The notes: a model not told the origin generated them from the sequence alone. 64,000 nt of DNA from Vulcanimicrobiota bacterium (GCA_963777315.1 CAVZQC010000004.1:640001-704000), one strand, 5' to 3'. Counted from the first letter of the stretch, positions 1 through 10,696 are shown. Made by a program: numbers and translations.

Positions 1-480
1 CTCCGCGGCACGACCAGCGTCGTCGCGGGTTACGCGGGCGGAAAGGCGGCCACGGCGCACTACGACATGGTCAGCACCGGTCAAACCGGTCACGCCGAAT
101 CAGTCGACGTCACTTACGATCCCTCGCAGCTCTCCTTCGGCCGGATCTTGCAAGTCTATTTTTTAGTGGCGCACGATCCGACCGAACTCAACCGTCAAGG
201 GCCCGATGAAGGCACGCAATACCGCTCGGAAATTTTCTATACCACTTCCGAGCAAAAGGCGCAGGCGCAGGCGTACATCGCTCAGCTGCAGCGCGACGGC
301 ACGTTTCGCGCGCCGATCGTCACCACGCTGGCGCCGCTCCACGGTTTCTACCGCGCCGAAGAGTACCACCAGGATTTCGTCGCGCATAATCCGTTCGATC
401 CATACGTTCTGATCAACGACAAGCCCAAACTCGCGCAGCTCCGGCGAGAGTTTCCGCAACTGCTCAAAACGGGGCGGTGA
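1..480 (+). CDS. msrA: Peptide methionine sulfoxide reductase A, 5'-truncated by window edge
   Basis: Frame open from base 1 (VVAGYAGG..HYDMVSTGQTGHAESV); HDPT, QGPDEGTQYRS and FYRAEEYHQDF motifs. Confidence 0.95.
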   Translation, partial: LRGTTSVVAGYAGGKAATAHYDMVSTGQTGHAESVDVTYDPSQLSFGRILQVYFLVAHDPTELNRQGPDEGTQYRSEIFYTTSEQKAQAQAYIAQLQRDGTFRAPIVTTLAPLHGFYRAEEYHQDFVAHNPFDPYVLINDKPKLAQLRREFPQLLKTGR

Positions 481-486
481 CGACGA

Positions 487-969
487 CTACAGTATCGTAA
501 GCGAATGGGGGTCGGCGCGTCCGACGACGTCGCCGCATTCGGTTTTGACGATTACGTAGGCGATGTCCGTGCCGTCCGGGCACATCTTTGCCGCCCACGT
601 GCTGCGCGCTGCCGCGAGCACTTCTTGCTTGTGCGAGTTCGGCAGCGTTCGCCACGCTATCTCGTCCATGGTCAGCAGCAGCTCCTTATGCTCGGCGTTC
701 ATCGCTCCGACCCGGACCGAGCGCACCAAGCCGCGCGGTCCGTATTGAATCTCGAGCCCTTCGACCGTATGACGTGCGGGCCGCGAGACGTTGATGCTGC
801 CCGTTATGACGGTGGGTTCGGGCGCAGCCGGCGAAGGCTCGGGGACATGCGGCATGGGGGACTGTGAGATAGATGCTTTGCGCGAGTCTCTCTTGAGCCA
901 CGCATATGTCATTGCCGCGCCTGCCAGCAGCGCGACGATAATCCATCCAATTTCAAATCCTACGCTCAC
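487..969 (-). CDS. Hypothetical protein with single N-terminal TM helix and Pro-rich linker
   Basis: GGAGG precedes GTG at 969; hydrophobic IGWIIVALLAGAAMTYAW. Confidence 0.65.
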   Translation of the reverse strand: MSVGFEIGWIIVALLAGAAMTYAWLKRDSRKASISQSPMPHVPEPSPAAPEPTVITGSINVSRPARHTVEGLEIQYGPRGLVRSVRVGAMNAEHKELLLTMDEIAWRTLPNSHKQEVLAAARSTWAAKMCPDGTDIAYVIVKTECGDVVGRADPHSLTIL

Positions 970-1228
970 GCTGCCTCCAGACGCACCCCGCACCCTCAGC
1001 GTACCCGCCGCCGGTGGAAAAATCCCTAAGGCGTTCGTCCCCAGTGTCCTGGGCTCAGGACACTAGGAGTTTGTCGGATTTGGGGCATTTTCGAATTTGT
1101 CGCTGAGTTTTGTTCGAAGACGAGGCGCGAGGACGGACGCAATGCAGCGCATTGTGGCCGCCACAGCAACGAAGTATTCGGGCAAAAGGCGGCGCGAAGG
1201 CGGAAACGTGCCTAAGTCCGACAGACTC

Positions 1229-3640
1229 CTAGGACGTAGAGGTATAGGACAACTCGTTGGCCGGGCCGCCGTACTCGCTCGCGCCTGAGGCGCGCCGAGC
1301 ATTGCGGGATGCTTGCAAGCCTTCCAAGGTCTGCATCAGAAAGCGCGCCTGAAACGCGATGACGTCACCGGTATTGGGAAACTTCGGATGCCGCCGGACT
1401 TCCGAAAGCGTGAGTCCTCGTTCCGTTCGCTTGACGATCCCGCTGGTTTGCAAGTTCCTCAACGCCTTTCGGACCATGGCCTCCGGATGTTTGCGCAGCT
1501 GCGGGTCCACGAAGATTTCCGGCGGCAGCGTCTGCAGACGTTCACGGATCGCTGCGACCGCCTCTTCCTGCGAAAACGCAGTAGAGCGTGCCGCGAGCCA
1601 TTCGCTCAGCAGCGCGCTGGTCGTTACCGGCCGTGCCGCCTGCAGCTCTTCCACGGCCATTTCTTTGCTGCGCAGCTCGACGACGCGATAGAGTTGAGAC
1701 AACCGCCTGCCCACGAACGGATCGTAGGCAATCGCAGCCAGGTAAACCGTTTGCACGTGCGGCGCAAGCCTGTCCCAGATTCCGCGAAAGCGCAGCATCG
1801 CACCGTCGGTGGAGTATTCTCCTTCGGGCGTAACGTAGAACGTCGCGCCACGGCGCAGCGCCTCTTCTATGCGGGCCAAATCCCGCTCGACGCCCGCGCG
1901 CGTCTCGTCGAACGATTCTTTGCGGTGGGGCTGCAGGAGTTCGGAGAGCCGCACGTACGTTTCTTGCGCGCGTTTGAACCAGCGTATCCCGAAAAGATCG
2001 GCGGTGGTCATTGCGTGCAGCCCGAGCTCATCGATCGTTGCGGGCTTGAACACCTGGTCGAGCGGCACTGCGCCGTGCCGGCGTTGAATGCCCCAGGCCC
2101 ACCGGGCGATCGATCGCAACTGCAGCTCGTTCTCGACGGGCAGCAGGCCCATTCCCTCAAACAGCCAGCCGAAGTTCACGTTGTACAGTACGCGCCAAAG
2201 CCAGGGAACGCGCACGCCCATGAAACCCGGCTCGTACATCAATTTCGCGCACGCCGCCAACACCGGCGTACGCCAGCCGCCGTGCAGCACCAGCGTGGTG
2301 ACCGGCCCCATCAGGTCCAATTCGACTTGATGGTTTGAAACGATCAACGACGGACCGCGGCCCGGTGCAAGCCATCCCCAGGAGCGAATGCGATACGCAA
2401 GGTGCACGTAGATCGAAACCACCACGCCCGACGCCAGCCGCAGAGGTACGCCCCACCACGGTATCAGCGGCTTTCCCCCGACTGCCAGCACCGTCACCGA
2501 TCCCAGCGCGAAGCTTGCGGCGGCTGCAAAGAACAACGTTCGATATCCGGCTTCCGAGTACGCGTACGATGCCAGCAGCCATCCGCCCGCGAGTGGTGCG
2601 ATCACTTGCGGAAAATTTTGCGCTATTCCCCAAATTCCCAAATCGCGCCCCACATCACGCAATTTGGGCACCGCGTCGATCGCAAGCGCCCAGCCGGTGG
2701 ACATGATCCCGCCGAAACCGATGCCGAACAGCAGTCCGAACGCGTAGATGAGATGCTGTTGCGGAAACAGCGCGAAGCCCGCGGCGGCCAACGTCATGGG
2801 GATGCCGCACACTGCGACGACGATCTTACGCGGAACGCGATCCGATAGCCATCCCAAATACGCGGCCGAAACGATCGCTCCCAGCAGCGAAGCGACTCCC
2901 ACCAACGCCGTCCCGACCGATGGATTGCCGACGTGCAGAATGTCGCGAAAGAAGTACAGCACGAACGTCATGAGCAGCGCCAGACCGAACGCCAAGAAAC
3001 CGCGCGCGATAAAGACGATGCTGAAGTCGTGCCAGTCGCTGATGCGCGCAGGCTCCTCGGGAGTATCGGCAACGGGCTGTTCGGGCTGGGCCAGCAAAGT
3101 GAGCGCGCCCACGCCGATCGCTACGGCCACCGCAACGAAAGTGGTGGGAGCCGGAGTGCCGGCTGCCACGCCGAAAGCCAAAACCGTTCCGACGAGCATT
3201 GCAACGCTTCGCACGCCCGACGCCATGCCCCAAGCTTGCTTTGGAACGACGTCGGGAATGAGCGCTTGATACGCCGCCAAACTGATATTCGCGCCCATCG
3301 TCGCCAAAAACAAGAACGTCATGAACAAGCCGAGGTTGTGGGCTTCGGCCAGCATGATCAAGCAGGCAACGTCGAGCGCGGCACCCGCCAGAATCGGCAC
3401 GCGGCGCGGAATACCGCGCCGGCGAAGCGCGTCGGACACGGCCCCGGCCACCGGCGGCACGATCATCGAGATGAACGAAACGAGCGCGACGACGACGGCC
3501 AAAACGCGTACGTGGTCCTGCGGTGCAAGCACCGCGACCGATGCGGGAATGGCGATTGCCGGCAGGGCGGTGTCTTGAAAGAACAGCGGCGCCCAAAAGG
3601 CGTTTTGGACGATCGACGTGCGAACGCCGTACGTCTTCAT
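1229..3640 (-). CDS. MFS transporter fused to PlsC/GPAT-type acyltransferase domain
   Basis: About 12 hydrophobic segments with GAVSDALRRR and GWLSDRVPRK loops, then SNHQVELD (HxxxxD) and TPEG motifs. Confidence 0.8.
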   Translation of the reverse strand: MKTYGVRTSIVQNAFWAPLFFQDTALPAIAIPASVAVLAPQDHVRVLAVVVALVSFISMIVPPVAGAVSDALRRRGIPRRVPILAGAALDVACLIMLAEAHNLGLFMTFLFLATMGANISLAAYQALIPDVVPKQAWGMASGVRSVAMLVGTVLAFGVAAGTPAPTTFVAVAVAIGVGALTLLAQPEQPVADTPEEPARISDWHDFSIVFIARGFLAFGLALLMTFVLYFFRDILHVGNPSVGTALVGVASLLGAIVSAAYLGWLSDRVPRKIVVAVCGIPMTLAAAGFALFPQQHLIYAFGLLFGIGFGGIMSTGWALAIDAVPKLRDVGRDLGIWGIAQNFPQVIAPLAGGWLLASYAYSEAGYRTLFFAAAASFALGSVTVLAVGGKPLIPWWGVPLRLASGVVVSIYVHLAYRIRSWGWLAPGRGPSLIVSNHQVELDLMGPVTTLVLHGGWRTPVLAACAKLMYEPGFMGVRVPWLWRVLYNVNFGWLFEGMGLLPVENELQLRSIARWAWGIQRRHGAVPLDQVFKPATIDELGLHAMTTADLFGIRWFKRAQETYVRLSELLQPHRKESFDETRAGVERDLARIEEALRRGATFYVTPEGEYSTDGAMLRFRGIWDRLAPHVQTVYLAAIAYDPFVGRRLSQLYRVVELRSKEMAVEELQAARPVTTSALLSEWLAARSTAFSQEEAVAAIRERLQTLPPEIFVDPQLRKHPEAMVRKALRNLQTSGIVKRTERGLTLSEVRRHPKFPNTGDVIAFQARFLMQTLEGLQASRNARRASGASEYGGPANELSYTSTS

Positions 3641-6600
3641 GGGTTCTTTAGAGACTGCAGTTGACCGGCATGCGCATGCAGCAGCGCTTCGACGTCTTTG
3701 GCCATAGCATCCATCTCGTCCGAATACTGTGCGATGAGGGCCTGCTGCGCCGCAGTGGGAGGCCCGGCGTACTGGGCGATTGTTGCGCGCATATAGGCAA
3801 CTTGTTCGCTGACGCCTGCAGCGCGGCGATAACCGGACTGCGGATTGCGCAGCCGGTCCAGACGGTCTTGCAGTTCCGAGTCAAAACCGGCCAGCGCCGG
3901 ATTGTGCGCACCTGCAATGCGCGACCGCACGTTCGCCACGGCCGCGATCGTGCGTTCGGCGCGTTCTTGTATCGCGGCCAGCCGTTCCAGAGCCTCGTAT
4001 TGAGCGCGCAGCGCAGCGGGCGCGGCCGTGTTGCGGGGGTCCATCACAACGCTGACCGGCGCACTCAGGTGCGCACCGGGTAAATCGACCTGCAGCTCGT
4101 ACGTTCCGGGCAGCACCTGCGGGCCTTGAATGCGCATCGGATAAAAAATATAGTATGGGCGGCTATCCTGAACCGCGCCCGCTCCGCCGGGAGCTTGCGT
4201 GGTCAGATCCCACGCAAAACGATTGATTCCCGCGTGCACCGTCGCTTCGAACTCGTTCACTTGGGTGCCGGCCCGGTCGAACACGCGCACCTGCACGGCG
4301 GGTTTGGCTTTGGGTTTGCGGGGCGCAGGCGCTCGCGGCAGATAGAGCGTCAGGAGCGCTCCATACGGCTTGTTTTCGGAAACGAACGCCCCGCGGCCGT
4401 GCTCGTGATACGGACCGTCGTTGTACCGGTACGCCGCCATCGGCGCAAACAGGTAGGGCGCTGAACCTGCGGCGACGCGCGACCATTGCTGCAGCGGCGT
4501 AAGGTCGTCGAGGATAAAGAACCCGCGTCCGTGCGAACCGACGATCAGATCGTTGTCGCGCGGATGAATCTGCAGGTCGTACACCGGGACGTGCGGCAGC
4601 CCCAGCCGAAAATCGCTCCAGTGCGAACCGGCGTCGAGCGAAACGAAGATGCCGCGCTCGGTTCCCGCGTAAAGGACGCTGGGATTGCGCGGATCTTCCC
4701 GCAGCACGTGAACGTAGCTCTGCAGCCCCGCGCCGATGGCGGTCCAGGTTTTCCCGAAGTCGCGCGTTACGAATGCATAGGAATGATAATCGTTCCACTG
4801 ATGCCGGTCGAAGGCGGCATAAGCCACGCCCGAACGCGTCGGCGAAGGAGAAATCGAAGACACGCGCGCGGGCTCAGGCAGATCCGGTACGCCGGCGACG
4901 ACGTCGCTCCAAACGCGTCCGCCGTCACGCGTTATCTCCAGGTGGCCGTTGTCGGTCCCGAACCAAACCGTGTTCGGATCCTTGGCGTCTTCGCCGATCG
5001 TATAGATCGTGCAATACGTTTCGGCGTTGGTGTCGTCATATGTAATCGGACCGCCGCTGCGCTGCAATTGCGCAGGCGAACACTGCGTGAGGTCCGGGCT
5101 GAACCGGCTCCACGTGGTTCCGTCGTCGGGCGAGCGGAACAGCACGTTGCCGCCGAAGTACAAAACGCTCGGATCGAAGTGCGAGAGCAGCAGCGGCGCG
5201 CTCCAATTGAACCGATACCGGTACGTGGACGCACCGGTGCCGAACGAAACGATCGGTTGGGGCGAAATGTAGCGGCGCTCGCCCGTTTTCAAGTTGGCTT
5301 GAACCAGGTCGCCGAAGTGCGTGTCCTCGTACACGAGCGAAGAGTTCCTCGGATCGGCCATAGCGTATTGCCCGTCGCCCCAGTCGGAAATATCCAGCCA
5401 ATCGCCGTCACCGGGGCCGTCCGAGCGGCTGAACAGTTCACTCGGGCCCCACCAGACCTCGTGATCCTGCAGGCCGCCCATGACGTGGTATGGTTCGTCC
5501 ATGTCGTATCCGACGCGATACACTTGCGCGAACGGAACGACGTCGTCATAACTCCACGTTTTTGCGCCGTCGACCGAGTAATGAAAGCCCATGTCGCTGC
5601 CGTTGAGCAGCCGCTTCGAATCCTGCGGATCGATCCACAGATCGTGGTTATCGCCGCCGCCGCCCGCGTCTTTGAACGTCCTGCCGCCGTCGCGCGAAAC
5701 CATCAGACCGCCTGCGATCGCGTACACTTTGTTGGGATCGTGCGGGTCGCAGCGCACTTGGGAAAAATAGAACGGGCGAAAATCGATGTCTTCAGCACTG
5801 CTCCGCAACTGCCAGTGCGCCCCGGCGTCCGCCGTGCGGTACAGCAATCCGGCTTTAGTCGGCACGAAGGCGTACACGACGCTGGAGTTACTGCGGCACA
5901 CGCTGACGCCCACTCGATTGATGGGACCGGCCGGCAAGCCGTTACGCAGGCGCGGGTCCGTCAGACGTATCCACGTTTTGCCCGCATTCATGGACTTGTA
6001 CAGCCCACTGCCCGGGCCGCCGCTGCGCAGCGTCCACGGCCGGCGTAAAAAATCAAAAGTGCCGGCATACACGACGTTGCGGCGGTGCGGGTCGAATGCA
6101 AGGTCGCTGCCGCCCGTCGTATCGTTGACGTACAGCACGCGCGTCCAGTGTTCTCCCGCGTCGCCGCTCCGGAAAATTCCGCGCTGACCGCCGGGAGCGA
6201 ATTCATGTCCCATCGCCGCTGCAAGCACGACGCGCGAGTCGGCAGGATCGACGGCAATTTTCGCGATGCTTCCCGCGCCGTCCAAACCTACATGGCGCCA
6301 GTGTTCGGCAGCGTCCGAGCTGGTCCATACGCCGTCGCCGTAATCTGCCGTATTGCGCGGAAAACCTTCGCCGGTTCCGATGTACAGCCGTTCGGGATTG
6401 CGCGGATCGAGTGCGATGGCGCCGATCGCACTGGTCGATCCGGCTTCGAACGACGACGTAAACGTCAGTCCTCCGTCGACGGATTTCCACAACCCGCCCG
6501 ACGAATGTCCCAGGTAAATGATCTTCGGATCGCCCGGCACGCCCGCAACGGCATCGAGCCTTCCGCCCATGACGGCCGGTCCCACTGATCGGAAATGCAG

Positions 6601-6678
6601 ATCGCCGAAGCTCGCCGGCCACCCGATCGTCGCGAGCAGCAACGCGAGCGGCAGCACAATCGCGTGCAGGCCGTTCAT
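3637..6678 (-). CDS. Secreted BNR/Asp-box (VPS10/sortilin-like) glycosyl-hydrolase-like protein
   Basis: Signal peptide; FRSVGPAVMGGR; many SxDxGxTW repeats; GGGDNHDLWIDP; GGLQD. Confidence 0.88.
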   Translation of the reverse strand: MNGLHAIVLPLALLLATIGWPASFGDLHFRSVGPAVMGGRLDAVAGVPGDPKIIYLGHSSGGLWKSVDGGLTFTSSFEAGSTSAIGAIALDPRNPERLYIGTGEGFPRNTADYGDGVWTSSDAAEHWRHVGLDGAGSIAKIAVDPADSRVVLAAAMGHEFAPGGQRGIFRSGDAGEHWTRVLYVNDTTGGSDLAFDPHRRNVVYAGTFDFLRRPWTLRSGGPGSGLYKSMNAGKTWIRLTDPRLRNGLPAGPINRVGVSVCRSNSSVVYAFVPTKAGLLYRTADAGAHWQLRSSAEDIDFRPFYFSQVRCDPHDPNKVYAIAGGLMVSRDGGRTFKDAGGGGDNHDLWIDPQDSKRLLNGSDMGFHYSVDGAKTWSYDDVVPFAQVYRVGYDMDEPYHVMGGLQDHEVWWGPSELFSRSDGPGDGDWLDISDWGDGQYAMADPRNSSLVYEDTHFGDLVQANLKTGERRYISPQPIVSFGTGASTYRYRFNWSAPLLLSHFDPSVLYFGGNVLFRSPDDGTTWSRFSPDLTQCSPAQLQRSGGPITYDDTNAETYCTIYTIGEDAKDPNTVWFGTDNGHLEITRDGGRVWSDVVAGVPDLPEPARVSSISPSPTRSGVAYAAFDRHQWNDYHSYAFVTRDFGKTWTAIGAGLQSYVHVLREDPRNPSVLYAGTERGIFVSLDAGSHWSDFRLGLPHVPVYDLQIHPRDNDLIVGSHGRGFFILDDLTPLQQWSRVAAGSAPYLFAPMAAYRYNDGPYHEHGRGAFVSENKPYGALLTLYLPRAPAPRKPKAKPAVQVRVFDRAGTQVNEFEATVHAGINRFAWDLTTQAPGGAGAVQDSRPYYIFYPMRIQGPQVLPGTYELQVDLPGAHLSAPVSVVMDPRNTAAPAALRAQYEALERLAAIQERAERTIAAVANVRSRIAGAHNPALAGFDSELQDRLDRLRNPQSGYRRAAGVSEQVAYMRATIAQYAGPPTAAQQALIAQYSDEMDAMAKDVEALLHAHAGQLQSLKNP

Positions 6679-6696
6679 ACCAGCGGCACTACGCCG

Positions 6697-7026
6697 CTAA
6701 GCTTCGGGAGCCTCCGGCGCGGCAATCCAGCGATTCGCCCAGCTCGCGATTTCATCGAGCGCAGGACGCAGTTCAGCGCCGCGCGCGGTGAGCTCGTACA
6801 GCACGCGCACCGGTGACGCCGGAATAACCCGGCGGCGAACGATGTGCTCGGCTTCGAGCTCTCTCAGACGTTCGGTCAGCAGTCGATCGGAAACCCCGGG
6901 AACCGCTCCCAATAGCTCGTTGAACCGGCGAGGACCGGCCATGAGCGTCCTCACGATGGCTCCGTTCCAGCGGCGTCCGATGAGTTCCACCGCGCGGTGG
7001 TAGCGCGGACACAGCTCGGTTGGCAT
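6697..7026 (-). CDS. HxlR-family winged-helix transcriptional regulator
   Basis: CP...ELIGRRW..RRFNEL..GVSDRLLTERLRELE..PVRVLYELT. Confidence 0.93.
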   Translation of the reverse strand: MPTELCPRYHRAVELIGRRWNGAIVRTLMAGPRRFNELLGAVPGVSDRLLTERLRELEAEHIVRRRVIPASPVRVLYELTARGAELRPALDEIASWANRWIAAPEAPEA

Positions 7027-7032
7027 GCACCA

Positions 7033-7062
7033 AGGCTACCATAAGTAAGTTAAGGCCGGCAA
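7033..7062 (-). promoter_or_regulatory. Sigma70-type promoter, probably giving a leaderless mRNA for the HxlR gene
   Basis: TTGCCG-18 nt-TAGCCT with TG extension, 6 nt before the ATG. Confidence 0.5.
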
Positions 7063-7089
7063 GGAGCTTGGCTGCGCATATGAAGAGGC

Positions 7090-7572
7090 TCAAGGCGCTT
7101 GGGTCTGCAGTGCGATCGGCGTACGCCGAGGTGACGGTTTTCCCCTTACGGCGGGCCGAGGCGTCGCAAGCGGCCTGGGCGTAAACACCGCAGTCGGCGC
7201 GACGCGCGGCACGGCGGGATTGAAGGGCGAAGGCGTCGCAAACGGCGCGCGCGGCACGTCGATGCGGAGCTCGTGGTGCCGCCCATCGTACTGTACGAGC
7301 GCTCCGAACGTCCGCAGCACCGGCGCGATTTCGACGAACGTGCTGAAGAAAAACGCGGGATACGGCCGGCGCATGGGAATCTGATCGAATCGATCGCCGC
7401 GCCTTACGACCAGCATGCCGCCGCTGTACTCGATTACGTCTGCGACCCGCGTGACGAACGGATCTACCGGCGCCATGACGTGTCCGGCCTGTATGTACGG
7501 TGCGATGTACGAACGCACGACGGATCCGTCTATCGCGATGCGCAGCACCGCGGCGGCAAGTGGGAATATCAC
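7090..7572 (-). CDS. Hypothetical protein with copper-amine-oxidase N-terminal (stalk)-like domain and Pro-rich tail
   Basis: PYIQAGHVMAPV and FVEIAPVLRTFGALVQYD resemble stalk-domain motifs. Confidence 0.6.
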   Translation of the reverse strand: MIFPLAAAVLRIAIDGSVVRSYIAPYIQAGHVMAPVDPFVTRVADVIEYSGGMLVVRRGDRFDQIPMRRPYPAFFFSTFVEIAPVLRTFGALVQYDGRHHELRIDVPRAPFATPSPFNPAVPRVAPTAVFTPRPLATPRPAVRGKPSPRRTPIALQTQAP

Positions 7573-7602
7573 TGCCGGACCACGATACTACGGACGAAGA
7601 CG

Positions 7603-8472
7603 ATGCGGCTCATCTTAGCGTTCCGCGAAGCCGGGATGCGGTTCTCCCGCGACGGGTGCGCGTTCTTGTCACAGGCGATCGCTTTCAACGCGCTTTTCGC
7701 CATTTTCCCGCTGTTGGTGCTCGTGCTGACTGCGGCTTCGCTCTTCATCCCGCATGCCGAGCGGCAGATTCTCGCGTTCTTCGACACCTTCGCTCCGGCG
7801 CTGCACGATACCGTGGCGGAGAACGTGCGCACGTACGTTTACGGCCGCGGCCTTTCCAGCGCCATCGCGTTCGTGGTGGTCGTATGGGCCTCCAAAAACC
7901 TGTTCATGGGATTGGCTTATGCGCTGAACCGGGCGCTGGCCGTACCCAAGAGCCGCCCGCTGTACCACGATATGCTCATCTCGATCGTCATGCTCCCCAT
8001 CACCGGCATGATGATGATACTCGCAATCGGCATGCCGGTTGCCGTGTCGGTATTGTTTGCCAAAGCCCATCTGCAAGGCCAGTTGCTCTCGCAGCTCGTC
8101 GCGTACGGATTCTCGATGGCGCTGGTTTTTATCGTCGTCGTTTTTTTGTATACGTTCTTGCCCAACCGCACGGTGCACTGGCATTTTGCCGTACCGGGCG
8201 CAACGTTCGTGGCGCTGATGTGGCCGGGAGTGCAGTTCGCGTTTGCCTTTTACACCGTTCACGTGGACTTCACGCGCGTGTACGGCGCACTCTCGGCTCC
8301 GCTCGTGCTGCTGCTCTGGTTCTACTTGATGGGGCTCACGTTTTTCTTCGGCGCCGAACTGAGCGCGGGATGGGCCCATCATAAGGGCACCGAGGAAGTT
8401 TCACCGCTGGTCGATCCCGTCAAACCCAGCGAACAGGACATCGCCAAAGCGGAGGCGGCCGCAGGGTCGTGA
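7603..8472 (+). CDS. YihY/virulence factor BrkB family membrane protein
   Basis: AIAFNALFAIFPLL; LYTFLPN; VYGALSAPLVLLLWFY..FFGAEL; start moved to ATG 7603. Confidence 0.9.
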   Translation: MRLILAFREAGMRFSRDGCAFLSQAIAFNALFAIFPLLVLVLTAASLFIPHAERQILAFFDTFAPALHDTVAENVRTYVYGRGLSSAIAFVVVVWASKNLFMGLAYALNRALAVPKSRPLYHDMLISIVMLPITGMMMILAIGMPVAVSVLFAKAHLQGQLLSQLVAYGFSMALVFIVVVFLYTFLPNRTVHWHFAVPGATFVALMWPGVQFAFAFYTVHVDFTRVYGALSAPLVLLLWFYLMGLTFFFGAELSAGWAHHKGTEEVSPLVDPVKPSEQDIAKAEAAAGS

Positions 8473-9150
8473 CGCTGCTCTTTCTGCACGGCGCCGGAAG
8501 TACGCGGCGGGCATTCGACCTGCAAACTCCGGCATTTCCCGGTTCAGTTGCGATCGATCTTCCCGGACACGGCAGTCCCGGAACTGCAAACTCCATCGCG
8601 GATTTCGCGCAGTTCGTGGAAGATTTCATTCTGGGCAAAGGGTTGGACACGCCGGTACTGTGCGGGCACTCGATGGGAGGCGCAGTTGCGATCGAGATGG
8701 CGCTGCGCGAACGCGTAGACTCTTGCAGGCGTGGCCGTTCTGGGTTCGGGTGCGCGCCTGCGCGTTGCACCCGCGCTTCTGGCGCAGCTTGAATCGGAGT
8801 TCGAACAGGGTGCGCGCGCAATAGCGGCTTTGTGCTTTTCCGATCCAACGCAGGAACGCGTGCAGTGGGCGGTGCAGTCGATGCGCGAGGTTGGGCAGCG
8901 GCAAACGGTACGGGATTTTCGCGCGTGCGATGCGTTTGACGCCGTCGAGCGGCTCGACCAGATAAGCGTGCCGCTCCTCGCCTTAACGGGCGAACGCGAC
9001 GTCATGACTCCTCCCAAATACGCGCGCGCACTGGCCGACCGGGTTCCCGGTGCGCAAGCGCGAATAATTTCGGGCGGCCATTTCGTCATGGTCGAAAACC
9101 CGCAGGAAACAAACGCGGCACTTCGCTCGTTTACTTCGACAATCGCGTAG
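8469..9150 (+). CDS. Alpha/beta hydrolase, split by an apparent 1-nt insertion near 8719
   Basis: LFLHGAG, IDLPGHG, GHSMGG in the first frame; GERDVMTP and GGHFVMVENP in the next frame; removing A8719 gives RERVALAGVAVLGSG. Confidence 0.85.
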
Positions 9151-9170
9151 TGCACTTGGAAAGGACGTTC

Positions 9171-10172
9171 GTGCGCCGAATCGCCGCCCTGATCTTTTTT
9201 TGCTCGAGCGTAGCGCTCGTGGGCGCCGCGCGTCCCACGCCTACGCCCGCACCGGTTGCCACGGCTTCACCGGCGCCGCACAAGGCCATGCCGCTGGTGG
9301 TGGTGTTCGCCTTCGACACGAGCACCGACATAAAACCCGGCACCGGACAGAACGCCGCGCAGATTTTCGTTCAGCAAATGAACGCCGACGGCGGGGTCGA
9401 TGCGATACAGGCACCGGCCTCGGTCAAACGCGTCGATTATCTGACGTACGCGCACGGCCTGAGCGCCGACTACTACGTTGCGGGATACATGACGCCTTTG
9501 GGCAACGGCGTCTCGCTTGTCGAGCAGGTCGTCTCAACGCGCAGCGGCGCGATCGTGTACGGTCAAACGGCCCAAATCGAGTCCTTTCAGGACGCGACGG
9601 CGCAGGCTACGGCGATTCGCGACGGCATCGTCTCACTCGAACAGCAATTATCCGATGCGTATAGCGGCGCGCAGACCACTTCGACGGCCACGCCGATGGC
9701 CAACAATCAAGCCAATTTATCGAAAGGCATTTCCGGTCTTGCGGGGCTGTTCAAACGAAAGGCGAAACAGACGCCGGCCCCGGCGGCCGCAAAGCCTGCC
9801 AAAGGAATTTTTGTCGCCCGGATCGGCGGCGCGCTGCCCGCCGGCGATCTTGCGAAGGGCACGACGAGCTTGTTCGACGCACTGAGCGCTCATTACAACG
9901 TTCGCATGTCGGGCGGAACGTCCGCGAGCCTTTCCAAACAAGCCGACGGCATTTGCGGCGTCGATCGCAACAACACCGTTGCCGGCGGAACGGCGTCCGC
10001 ACAGGTTCAGCGGCGGACGCTGGGAAGCCGCACGCAATACACGTTCGTTTTGGACGTGTACACGTGCTTCGGCGCGAAGCTTGCGCAAAGCACCGGCACG
10101 GGGGACTCGCTCCCGCTGGCAGTGCGCGCTGCCGTAGACGCGTACGCGGCGGCTCATCCGCAAAACGGGTAG
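9171..10172 (+). CDS. Hypothetical secreted protein
   Basis: AAGGA before GTG 9171; signal peptide, PTPTP linker, long open frame. Confidence 0.7.
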   Translation: MRRIAALIFFCSSVALVGAARPTPTPAPVATASPAPHKAMPLVVVFAFDTSTDIKPGTGQNAAQIFVQQMNADGGVDAIQAPASVKRVDYLTYAHGLSADYYVAGYMTPLGNGVSLVEQVVSTRSGAIVYGQTAQIESFQDATAQATAIRDGIVSLEQQLSDAYSGAQTTSTATPMANNQANLSKGISGLAGLFKRKAKQTPAPAAAKPAKGIFVARIGGALPAGDLAKGTTSLFDALSAHYNVRMSGGTSASLSKQADGICGVDRNNTVAGGTASAQVQRRTLGSRTQYTFVLDVYTCFGAKLAQSTGTGDSLPLAVRAAVDAYAAAHPQNG

Positions 10173-10183
10173 CAGCGCCATGC

Positions 10184-10696
10184 TCACTCGTCGTCGAGTA
10201 AGCCCGGCGGCAATTCCACGAGAATGCGGCGCGCGGTCAAGTCGATCGATTTGATGAATTGCGAAACCATCGGCACCATGCTGTGCCCAACGACGAGCAT
10301 GTCGGAGGCGGGGTAGTGTTCGACCGCACTGACCTGCCCGAGCCGTTTCCCCGATCCATCGTAGATCTCGCAGCCGGCTAAGTCCCGATCCAAATATTCG
10401 CGGGCGCCCAGCGCAATTCGGCTGCGTTCGACGCACAACTCGGCGCCGCAATACGGCTGGGCCGCTTCCAGCGAATCGACCTCGCGCAGATGAATCAGCA
10501 GACGGCCTTTGTGCTCTCGAACGGCGCTCACTTCGACGTCACGACCCGAACCGTCCGCAAACCTGGCAAAAAAAACCTCTCCCGATAAAAAAAGAGTGCG
10601 GCCCGCGTTGCTCGGGTCGCACTTCAGATCGCCGTGTAGTCCGAAAACGCCCGCAATGCGGCCGACCGGGATAAGGTCATTCGGAGTCGATGGCAT
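10184..10696 (-). CDS. rimM: 16S rRNA processing protein RimM
   Basis: VGRIAGVFGLHG; EYLDRDLAGC; C-terminal PPGLLD; follows rpsP-khpA. Confidence 0.92.
   Translation of the reverse strand: MPSTPNDLIPVGRIAGVFGLHGDLKCDPSNAGRTLFLSGEVFFARFADGSGRDVEVSAVREHKGRLLIHLREVDSLEAAQPYCGAELCVERSRIALGAREYLDRDLAGCEIYDGSGKRLGQVSAVEHYPASDMLVVGHSMVPMVSQFIKSIDLTARRILVELPPGLLDDE

Noticed and set aside
8469..9150. Genuine pseudogene or programmed frameshift in the hydrolase (likewise at 23230 and 42278)
   Set aside because: No slippery sequence or other decay; the same AGCT-linked insertion also hits a tRNA, which favours sequencing error
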